From NCBI GenBank assembly GCA_000934665.2, contig KZ538687.1, positions 1-53,728 of the forward strand: DNA of 53,728 nt, written 5' to 3'. This stretch comes from Catajapyx aquilonaris. Its lineage: Eukaryota. The translations under genes were made by a program, and so were the position numbers. The notes beneath the pieces are model-generated. The model did no database searches, had not been told where the DNA came from, and worked only from the letters and a program-made list of their open reading frames with translations. This document shows, piece by piece, positions 10,039 through 22,000 of this stretch (position 1 is its first letter; every line of letters starts with the position of its first letter).

Positions 10039-13000
10039 TCAGGGATTCAGTATAGTGGTCTTCTTTCTCTGCCGCTTCCCGGTGTCCAGAAGGTACGACA
10101 GGTCGATGGGCTGCTTGGAAGGAAGGGCCGAGAGAAGGCGAAGCAGGATGCGGTTCAGCCTCTCGCGTTGTCTCAAACCCTGCAAAAATATAATTATGAA
10201 GCAATGCGGATAATTATACGAGCAGATGTGACGTACCTTCGGCTGAACTTCCTTGGTCACCTCTTTCGCCACCTCCTTTGCGACTTCCTTCACTTCCTTA
10301 ACCTCCCGCCTCTCCCGCCGCCTCCCAGTCTTAGATGCGTCTGACTTGCTGGATGCAGAGTCGTCGTCTCCGCCCTTCTTCCTGCCCACCCCGACGCTGA
10401 CAACGTGCGGGGCGTACGTCCTCTGCGGCCTGATCCTCTCGTCGAATCGCTCGAAAGCAAATGCCTTCGTGCACACCGGGTACTGCGACTTGGAGGCCTT
10501 GGAGAACAGGCGTGCAGATCGATCCACCCTGTACTCGCAAATGTACACATGCTCCTCCTGGGAACCGACGGGCCTTCCTTTGCAGTAAGTGTTGAGATCC
10601 AGTACCCAGCACCGACCCATTATGAGTTCGACGGGCACTATTTCGTAGAGCGGGACCCGCATGACCTCGTTGTTGAAGAACTTTCGGGTCGGCTCATGGT
10701 AGGTCTCGTGCGGGCGGAGGTAGTGGTGCCCGAAGGCAAAGCGGTCGCCCCTGCGAGAAAGCAACATTAGCAACTGCAATTCGGCAATGCACACAGACTA
10801 CGGACTCACTTCTCATCGATCCATAGCCTCTCGACCCTGAAGATGTCGCATTCGTCTGGCTTGAACTCCCTGACAGTGAGGTAGGACAGCTTCGCAGGAG
10901 GCGACGCATCTTTGTACTTCTCATGCAAGGGCGCAGAGTCCCTAAGAACGTACACGGTGTCGCTGACCCTCAGCTGAAGGGCCTCCCCTCGCATCAGCGT
11001 GACGTAGTGAGTGAGGCCGGCCGTCCCGTACGACGGCTGCGGCTCCATTATGATCTCGCTCTCAACCGGACGCGGCTGGCACCGCTCGCACATGTAGTGC
11101 TCCACGGAGGAGCCGTCAGTCTTCACGCAGTCGCAGTGCTGCCAAACCAGACACCGCTCGCACTGGATCATCAGGCCCTCATCCCGCGGAAGGCCACAAA
11201 TGCACCGTATCACATCCTCCTCCTCATCTGTAACACAAGTCGTTAGAAATCTGGCGCTGGTGCAACCGGCCCTGATTTACTAACCATCTTCAGGTCCTGG
11301 CACGAAGCTGCTTGGGAAGCTGTCCCCGAGGATTTCCTTGAGAACTCCCAGGACGTCCATCTTGGCACGGTTGTACACCTTCCTGAGCCTGGCCGCAACT
11401 GTCCCGATGTCCGAGGTCCGTCCGAAGAATCGGATGGCGTTGGTGAACAGGCGGACGAAGTCGTTTTCGTACGCTTCGACAGACCGGTAGGCGCCAGTCA
11501 CAATGTTGCGCTCGATTGTGCCCAGGTCGATCGGGTCGTGGATTTTGGTGTAGTAACCCGGATGCTTGCGGCGGGATGGGAGGGTCGCAAGTGGAAGACC
11601 CAGAGGCTGGCCGTCATCATCTGCGAATGTAAAACATGGTTTTTGAAGCATAAGCGACTCCATAAATCCAACCCACTCACCTTTAGTGGACGCAACGGCA
11701 GTGTAGATGTCCTTGAAAGCCTGAGCCAGCCTCGCGACCTTGGTGACCTCCGGGTCATCCTCCGCCCTGGCCAGCCTCCTGGTCTTGACCGACCTGGGAG
11801 TGGACAGGGCGTTCAGCTGCGTTAGGAACACATCAGAGGCCTTGTACGCCGAGGAGGAAGCGCAGTTGGAGGACTTCTGGTTTTGGTGGTACGGCGGGTG
11901 GTGGTGGTGGGTGGAGTTGTGCGAGTGGCCGTGGTTGTGGTGGGGCTGGCGGAGGCTTAAGTTGCCGTTGTGCTCCGAAGTGTCCCTCTGCTGGAGTCGC
12001 AGACACTCCCGCATCCTCTTCACCTGAAGGGAATGATCACGGGTTAGCAAAGCCAAATCTTAAGAAGAGTCACCTAAGCGATCAATGGCGGACTCACCTT
12101 TTCGAGGTTCCGAAGCAGGAAGCAGTGATGCGACTGGGCGAAGCATCTCTGCTGGTGGGACATGGGCCTCACCGACTGCCTCTGCAACTGATTAGCACCA
12201 GAGCCGCAGCCTCCCGCGCCGCTCCCGTGGTTCCCCCCGCTTCCCATTCCGCCAAATCCGCTTCCTCCTCCTCCCTGGTCCGCCCTCTCCTTATTCCTCA
12301 CTTTGACCGGGTCCTTCCTGGGCCGACCCACCTTGTTCTTCTCGCTCGTTCGCTCCTTCTCGTCCTTGTTCACAACCGTACCGTTCAACCGCTGGCTCTT
12401 CCCGCCGATCACGCCACGGCATTTGGCACTCCCGCACTTGCAGGGCTGTCCCTCCGCCGGGTTGAACAGTGAGAAGTTGTAGTCGTAGGCCAGCTCCTCG
12501 AACGGATTGATGTCTCTGAGGGCGAACAGCGCCATCCGAAAGAGCCCATTGCAGCTCCACTTCTGCATCTCGCAGTTGGGTTCGCATGAGTGGTTAACAA
12601 ACCGACCGTCCCCGCCCATCCGATGCCCGTCGATGACCAGCCCGCCATCCAGATTCAGGCAGTAGTGGTGCGTGTCCGAGGTGTACCTGGTGGCCATCCT
12701 CTGCTTGAACTCCTTCTCCGACACCACCTCTCCGACGTACTCCAGTATGAACGAGCTGGTACGTATGGTCTTTTTGGTCCGCACCCCCCAACCTTTGTCC
12801 TTGGTCATGAATCGCTCCAAGCCAGGCGCCCACTCGTGCCTCTGTATCCGCTGATTTGAACACAAGTCGTCGCATGGACACAGCTGCGGAGAGCACTCCG
12901 CATACACCATGCGATTGATACAGTCGTCACCACAACCTTGTTCCGATCGATCAGAAGGAATGGTGCAGTTGCAGGCCTGAGCCTCGTACGTGTAAGTGGG

Positions 13001-16000
13001 CTTCACGTCATAATACACATCTGGAAAAGCGACTTCTCATTAGAATCAACGTCACGATAACTACAACAATGTTAGGAAAACTATTTGCTTCCTCTTAATT
13101 GCCTACTACTGGGAACTAAATGAACAACTCACTGGTGCGTATCTTCTTGTAGTTCCAGGACGGCACCAGATCCCTCCCTGGAAGCTGGTTGTGCAGATGA
13201 AGCCACCAGAGGTCGAAGGGCAGCTGGAAGTCCACCCGCCTCTGCCTCAACCACTTCCCGCAGTGGTAAGGAGGGGGCAGCAGCCCATGTTCATGCTCCT
13301 GCGGGTTGTAGGCCATCCTGCTGCTGGCCGCCTTCGGGTGGGGGCCGGAGTCCGCGGATCTTCTGGAGGAGCTCCCGTTCTCCTTGTAGTAGTTGGAGAA
13401 CAGGCCCGCGGCCAGGAACTTCTTCCGCCAGCGAGGCTGCTTCCTCTTGGCCGTCCCCTTGCAGATCTCCTCGGGGGGAACGTCCAGCACAGGTACAAGT
13501 TCGCACGCCACTTCACTGGTTTTACGCATGGGGGGGGGGGAGAAAAGATTGCGGAATGTCATTCACCGCAAATAACTCGGGTGGAAAACATGACAACGCG
13601 CAACTTGGACAATAAGAGCGATCCCTACCTGTCCTCTCTCTCCTCTTCCTCCTTGGGCTTCCTGCCTCTCCGTGTCATGCATGGAACCGCCACCGGGACA
13701 GGCGCCGGAACCGGGTTAGGCGCAGGGGCCGGCAGAGGCGGAGTTGCCGCCTTGACCTCCTCCGCTTTACTCTTCCCCTTCTTCCTCGTCTTCTCCAGAA
13801 TCCTCTCGGGTTCCGCCGCCTTCTCCGGCCCACGCTTCCTCAGCTTCACAGTTTCGCTTGCGGAAGGCGGCTCGGGAGTCGGCTCGACCACCCGTTTCTT
13901 TGGGACTTTGACGCTGGTGCTGGTGCCTGCTTCGGGGCTCTTGATCTTCTTCTTCTTCTTGGTTGACGGGAAGCCCGTCCTATTGATGGCCTTCCGTCTT
14001 CTGGCCCGCTTCTTCTTGTCGCCTTCCGCTCCGCCACCGCCGCTCTTGCGATGCACCTGCATGGGAAGACACTGAAGTTAAAATAAACGCATGAATGAAA
14101 CCTTGTCCGTGATTTTCTTCCTAGACAACTCAGGTTGTAGTCGAAGTGTGCTTAACTTTCATTACGCAAGACCTGAGTGTCCGGCCACCTTAACAAACAG
14201 AACATTCCTCCAACTGCGCGACTCATAAATCTTTGACCTAGAGCAAACTGAACATGAAAAGCAGAAAAAAAATTTCACCTCCTCGGGGGTCAGCTTGGTG
14301 ACATGGACCCTGATGTCCTTAATAATTTTCCGTCTCTTCCGCCTCACCCTCTCGTCGTCCCGCCTTCCACTGGAGGAGGTGTCCTCGTCGCTGTCCACCT
14401 CGGACTTCCGTTTCGCCCTCGGGACGTACTCTTCCCTGGCCGAGCCCGACTGGCCTGGTGAAGAGGATGGAAACGACGGACCGGGAACAGTGTCGGAGGA
14501 GCTCGAGTCGGCTTCAGGTGCAAACCCCGCCCACCCTTCCTGGCATTTGCAATCCCAGTTGGCTGATGCGGAAGGAGGATTCACCAGATTGACGGCTGGG
14601 AACGTCACCACACCAAACACGTGTGTAAGGCAGTGCTGGTTGCTCACCGCTGGAAAAGAGAAGGAACACTGTTGATGCCTACTGATGTGTCTAACACTAA
14701 ATCGCACTCACCCAGCAAGGGAGCAACTCCTGAGGATCCGACAGACCTGGCCGTTCCCGACCTGCCGGTTGGCTGCTGAGTTGATAACACAGATGACTGT
14801 CCTGTACAACCTGACGACGATGCAGCCACACCACCAACGCCAGAGGTCGGTGATGTGGCCTCCATCCGGTGCCTCTTCTTCGGGGTGGTCGCAAACGCAG
14901 CACTGCCGCCTCCGACGGAGCACGCGTCCGGAAATACCACGTACCTGAAAAGCACACGTACGTTTTTGAGTCCTGTACAATGCGACAGCAATAACGAACT
15001 CAGTACCTGCTGATGCATGCTTCGATAGCTTCGTCTATTGAGTTGCGGTTCGGCTGATCTTCTCCCGACAAGCGACTTTTCACCCCAGACACGCTGACCG
15101 GATTGTTGCTGCTCTTGTTGGATGCAACTCGACTGGGGGCCGAGTTGCTGACGGACGACGATGCACCGGAACTGGCTCCAGGGGCAGAGGTGTCGGCAGC
15201 CTCAGAAGACGAAGTGGATATGTGGTGGTGGCGCTTCTTCAGAGGGAGGCGCTGCTCGTTGGCGTCTGACCTCTCCCGATTCTGTTAGTGACGAGTAATG
15301 TCAGAATATTTGCCCAATTGGTACACACTGTAATACTAGCCTTTGGTGCTTCAACCACCGCCTTCTTGGGTCTTCTCTTCCCTGCCCCCTTGTCCTTGCT
15401 CCCTTCCCCGTCCGTCCCCGAGTCTTTGTCGCTGGCCCTGCCCTTGTCGACTCCCTTCCGCTTCTTCAGGTACTTCCGTAGTCGGAAGATGGATGGACCC
15501 GTCACCTCCTCCCTCGCCCCACCTTCTGCCGCGCCGTTGGTCCCGCTCTGCAACGCACTTGGACCCCCCCTGGCTATCTGACACTGCTCCAGATGCTGCG
15601 TCACCTCCTCCACATCCGCTAAAAACACCGGGTCCACTATGTTCTTGTGCTTGCTCCGCCAGTGCTTCGGAGGCTTTTTGCGCTTGCGGCGCTGGGCTAG
15701 TTTCGCCGCAACGCCGTTCGCGGGTGGGGCTGGCATCGCAACTAGACTCGCTGGAGGTGGAGGAACAGTCGGCGGCGGTGGGGGAGGCGGAGGTGGAGGC
15801 GATTCGCTTTCCTTCTTGGCCCGTCCGGGTTTGCGCTTTTCGGGGGTACTCTTGCACTTGGCAGCACGGCCTTTGGGAGCCGGTTTTGCATCAGGTTTAC
15901 GATCGCCATTGGCATAAGCACCACTGGCATTGCTGTCGACCACATTTTTCCTGCGGGGCAATCACATTCGGGAATTGTTATACAAGCTCCACTTATTTTA

Positions 16001-19000
16001 GAAGAGTGTCTTACCTCAGTCCAGTTCCATTTCCGCTACCTCCGACACCCCCACTACTCCCAGACGCCCCACCTCCTCCTTCGTCCTCCTGTGGGGTACG
16101 TTCCCCTCCTCTTCTGCTGCCCCCGGGGATCCTGGGTGGTCCGTGAGCTGCCCCTCCGCTGTCGTCACTTGCGACGCATGTTGTTACCCTTCTCCTCTGC
16201 TCCCTCCTGTCAGGAACCACAGGCTCCAACACCGGAGGCGCCTTCTTCGGCCTGCCAGGTCCGCGTCTGGCGGGCGGGGTTATTGCTTCAGGGCTCGGGG
16301 GCGGCTCCCCATCCACCACCTGGGCCAAACCCTGGACCACTCCAGGCGCAGTGGTTGTCGTTGCTACTGCCACGACCAACACTGGTGGGGAAGGCCTCTT
16401 CTTGCGGCTGTCCAGCTTCTCCGCTTTCCGTCCGCGCCTGGACGCTGCCCTGCCAGTGGAGATCTTGGGCGCAGGGACTGAGGCAGGCATCTTTGGCTCC
16501 GAGACAGAAGGAGACACCTTGTGCCTGGAGGTGGCAGTGATCTTGTGAACTCTTGGTCTGCCTGGGCCGCGCTTCTCTTCCTGCGTGCTGCCACTCACCT
16601 AGGAAACAAATTATGAAAAAAAAACGCTATTGCTCTGCCGGTTGTGAAGAGTTGGCAATATATATTCAAGTTAACTGAACTCACTGATAGTAGTCCAGAT
16701 CTCACTCTAACGGCCGTCGCTGTTTGCGACTCAGGGGATCCTACTGAGCCAGACTGTGTCGCCAGCGCCACAATCTTGGATGGCGGAGGTGACACCGGCG
16801 AGGGAACGACTACTGCAGCGATTGGGGAGTCCACAGGAAACATGGGCGAAGCTGGTTTCAGGCTTGGCGGTGGGGAACAACCGTGGTTGGTGGCAGGTGG
16901 GGAGCAGGACTGCGGAGGGACAGGGGAGCCGGCCACCGACTGGATCCCGCTGTCTGGTGACACGTTTGACACAGAGCAGTCCAGCCGCATGTAAGAGTCA
17001 AGTTCCACTGGCGGCTGGGCCGCTTGGGACGACACAATGTTGCTCGTTGATGAATCAGGCTCTGCGTCCCCCTGGCACTTGGACTTGGCCACGCGTCCTC
17101 TGCGTCTGTTGAAGATGCAGCCGTGAGTGTTGACCATATTAATAATCGCAATTTTAATTGCTTTACCTGCGATCCGCCCTGGCAGGCATCTTGCTGCAAG
17201 CTCTCCGGGGTTGCCACCTGGACTGAAAGAGCTTCCCTCCAGATCGCGTTGTGTGGCCCTCGACCGCCAGGGGCTGCGAACTACCATTCCCGACCACCCC
17301 TCCCTCACTGGGGCAGTCTTCGTCTAGCTGCATTCCCTTGATGGCCTCGCTCACCATCTCCTCTGACAGCTCCACGTCGCTTCCATCTGAGTGCGCTTCC
17401 TTCGACGGGTGGTCCTCCTCCTCTCCATCGTCGCTCACATCTTCAAAGCCCTCAAACGCTGCCTCGACGTCTTCGTGTGTCGGGCTCGCAACTGATACGT
17501 CTGGAAGGATAGCGGCCAGGTCCTCCTGGTTTATAACCTGAAATGAAATTGTGGTGATTAGCAATGAAGTAGTGGGATTAAACTTTGAAGTGCATACCTG
17601 CAGGTCGATCCCATCTGCATTATCATCCATTCCTTCCAGATCCTCAGCAAGCTGCGACAACTCTTCGACGGCCTCGTCTCCCTCCTTGATGATAGACTGC
17701 GGGTGGAGGTGTGGGTGATGGTGGTGATGCAGGTGATACGAGTGGTGGTGGTGGTGGTGGTGGTGATGCATCACCCCACTGCCGCCTCCCTCCACCCCCA
17801 TCAGGGTGCAGGCGTACAGGGCCGACACAGGAACCCTCATGTCGCCCTTCCTTCCACCACCTTCCTTTGCACAGCAAGCCTGAGAAAGGGACACAATAAG
17901 TGAGTGTACGGCATTATCGTTGGCACAGTTACCCTTAAAGGGACGACGCCATGTTCGAGGAAAATGACATTGCTCCAATGTAGGTCGGGCGGTCCCATGA
18001 ATATGCATGGGGGACGTTTTATCTTTGGACTGCCCCCCCTCCCAACAGCGCAGTGCTAGTTCTCCTTTATATTGTAATACACAGGCCGTGTGCTACCTGT
18101 CATGTAACTTGCAAGCCTCAGTGTACGTTATGACATGCTATTGATGCTCTAATATCACAACCTATCACCCAACTTTAATAACGCCATCACAAGTGGCTAC
18201 TCAACATATTGATTAATTGGCTGGCAAATGATTAGGACACATTTGATTACCCGCATAAATTGCCCTCGCCATTTATTTCTTTAAATAACCCTATATTAAC
18301 ACTGCGTTATCAACATCCAGCGGTCCTAGTTACACCAAGTCAAATCTCTAGGCGCAGAACCAGTTAATTAATAAGTTATTAAACTCTCATTAGCCACTTG
18401 TGCAATTTCAGTGCACTACTGGACATTAATATCACAAAGCACCGTAAAAAATTTACATACTGAGCGAAACTGAAAAGTTGCATCCCACATTACTGCACCC
18501 ATTACGCAAACAGCTTCAATCCCTCCTGTTGCTTCAGATGTTATAAATAAGCATCACACACAAAGTTTAAGCGAAGTGAACGCAGCCATAGTAATGTTGA
18601 AGCAAAAAGCGAACGCAGCCGTAGTAATGTTTCGGTGAAAAGGGAAAGCAGCTATAGTAATGTTTCGGTGGAAAGTGAACGCAGCGATAGTAATGCCAAA
18701 CGGTCAAGCTTCTCCGAACCCTTACATTTTAGCTCCTGTCACATCTCCGCAGCATTTTCCAACTCGCAATGTATCTAATTAAGTCCATCTTAATTGCTCA
18801 ATGAGCTCACTCCATTATAGCCAACGGACAATGCGACGACAACCGCTCCTGCTTTCTAAACTGTATTTCACATCTCGCCAAACCCCAACGCTGGACAGGT
18901 ATCAAGATATGTATAAAAAAAAAGAGAAGCTGGCAGGTGTGGCGCCACAAACCTTGAACCACTTCAAAGGTCATTGCAAAATCTACCATAAAAAAACATA

Positions 19001-22000
19001 TATATGGGTCACCCCCTCGTATGCCGGCCAACTTACTTTTTCCACCCAAATCACTCCGTACTCATGTCTCCTTCTTCTTAAAACCTTGTCAGCTTCCGTG
19101 GAGCCAGCGGAACACCCCGCAACCCCCACTCATCTCAGACACCACCATTTCGCACCTGTCTCACAGCACATTAACAAAACACCTTTGCGGTGGCAAAAAC
19201 ACTGCAAAAAGACAACTGCCTTCTCCTGTCGCACCCACTTCCACCCCCACATTGCCTGGCTGACCAAAACCACCCCCACAAAAAAAAAAACTCCTCTGCC
19301 CCACTCACACACACACTTATTCAAGGTCTTCCTTTCCCAAGGTCTCTAAGAGGACACCATACCTTTTCAGTACAAGAAAATGCTTCCCAAAAAACTGTGT
19401 TCCACCCCCTTTCTACTAAGGGGAGCTCAATAAGTGATACAGACGTCAGATTTCGTGACAACACGCACCTTCAAACACGCACCTGGTAAGGTGGGGTGAT
19501 ATGCTACACACAATATCAAGCACCCCCCAAAATCCCAAAACTTCAAATCCGAACCAGTAACGTTTTCCAATTTCAGGGTCATATGGCGCAACAATCACAA
19601 AGTGTCACGGTCACAAAAATTTCGCGAATTGTGCAAGGTCGCTTTCTCCCAAAAAAATTTCGCAAACACCCAGCACCCTTACTAATAATAAAAATAAAAA
19701 ATAGCACGTGGTCACCCCCACTTCCAGCATGGTCCCATTCACTCGAATCAATGCCAGACACACTTTAGTCCACCACACCAAGCCCAACCCCCCATACAAA
19801 ATTCTTTACACTTTCTGCGCAGCCAACCCTGTGAAAATGACGTCTGTCGATTTACGTTACGTAAATGACGAATTAGACCTGCCCCCCCCCCCNCCGGCCA
19901 ACTTGTTTTTATGTTATCCAGATCAAAGTGGACCGCAGACCCAAATTGCGTCGAAAACGTGCCTGAGAATTAAGCTTGAGATCATCCTATGCATATGCAC
20001 ACCACTTGACGTAACGATGACAAGGACACCAGATTTCCAACAGAAATAAGTCCAGGTTGGGACACTTTGGGATCCGCTGGGCCATTTTGAATCCCCCAAA
20101 CAAGTACAGCCAACGCACATCTTTACATTTAATAAAGCCAGACAGTATATGTCCGAGCTACCTAACCCACTTTCGGACTAATGACAGTCCTGAAAACTTG
20201 CCATCTTAACTATCCGGGCTGCCTAACCCACTTTCAGAAAACCAAAACCAAAACTTTCAGCCAGAAAACCGCACTTTTTAAAGTCAAAATACCCCAAATT
20301 TAGGATTTTGGTGTATACAGTACATGTAGTTCCGGTATACGCCACGGATGGCGGTAGCTGGCAGGGCCTAATCGGAGGCTACAGCTTCCGGCTAAGCATC
20401 ATAGATGGCGCTGCTGAAATGGCGCGGTATGTTCGAAAAGTACCAAAAAAAGTAGGGCTGTGCGATATTTCGATACATCGACTGTCGATACGATATTTTC
20501 CTAATATCGAAGTTGCGTTATCCGACGCTTGGCATGTGCGATGTATCGAATATCGCAATTTTTCGATGTCAGTTTTCGATATTTTTCGATGACGGGTTTC
20601 GATATTTTTCGATGTCAGTCTTCGATATTTTTCTATGTCGGATTACGATATTTTTCGATGTCGGATTTCGATATCGGTTTTTCGTTTTCGATATATCGAC
20701 ATCGATTCGATATTTTTTGAGTACCGTATCGAAAGTCGATATGTAATTTCGCATATCGCACAACCCTATACCAAAAAAATGTGTCCCTGCTAGTCTTCGT
20801 ACATAAATAAATCAGAATGTTTTGTCTGTATGTCCGAGCTACCTAGCCCACTTTCGGACCACTGATAGCCCTGAAACTTAGCACACTGATGCCACGTGAA
20901 GTGCTGCTGATCGATCGAAATGCCTGAAAACACCACTGTTTGGCGTCATTGTTGACAACAATGGTGGCTCTGGCAATACTTGTTGTAACCGATGTTCTGA
21001 GGCCTATCTGCGGCTACAAACAGGGTGTGCGAAGAACGGGCTCCGCTGCTAGCTACCAACACGCCCGGAGTAATTAACAATAGTTTTAAGTGACAAAAAA
21101 CAGGTTCCGTGCGAACATTTTCGTCTCTCAATAATTTTTTCGCACGCCTTTTTTTAATTGATGGAGCCAACAACCGCGGGACAGGAATCCTCATTACTTT
21201 CCAACTCAACACTTGCTTGAATATTCCATCAACTACCCTGCAAACAATACCCCCCCACAAAATGGGCTATGAATAACAGTGTTTTTCTGTTGAAGAGGTA
21301 GGTGTGGTATTGAGGGGGGGGGGGTGTTACTAAAAAAAGACAAGTTTCGATCCCTTTCGGCGAATGTCCTCACTTGTTGTTTTTTTTTNNNNNNNNNNNN
21401 NNNNNNNNNNATCTCCCCCTTAGTAGCCCCCCCCCCCAAAAAAAAAAAAGATGCAGGTAATTTATTAAGCTTATCCAGAGCCTCCCTAAAATGCAGACAA
21501 TTGTCTTATTAGCAACCGACAATGTACCCAAAAAAATGCACAAATTTGGCATCGTTTCAGTACCCACCAAAAATAGTTCAAAAAACATGTCAGATTGCCA
21601 AAGTTTACAAAAAAAAAAAGACAGTTTGATGCAACTTGTTTCGTCACAACCCCCCCTGTCCTTCAATCGTCTGTATGTCCAAACATGACCTTCGTCCATT
21701 TGCAAATATTTCGGACCCCCCCCCCCCTTTTCAACACACCCTGTTCATACAGTTTACTGACCTACAGATCAATAATGAAATCACCACTAAAGCCCCTCCC
21801 ACACACAAGTGGAGTCTATAAAATTCGCACGCAAACATGAGGGAGGGATATATATCAGATTCGCACGCTTTTCAAGCCGGTCCCCCCATATTTTATTTTT
21901 CAACAAAGCACGTGGCCAACTCCCCAAAACTTCTTACATTTATTGAGCAATCAGTGCATGAAAATTTAATCATCAAAAAATCTGGCCATATCTACTTACG

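Noticed and set aside
10253..17903. Many long plus-strand ORFs over ash1 (e.g. 13191-14075, 15343-16146)
   Set aside because: Antisense shadows of GC3-rich coding exons with no recognisable motifs.
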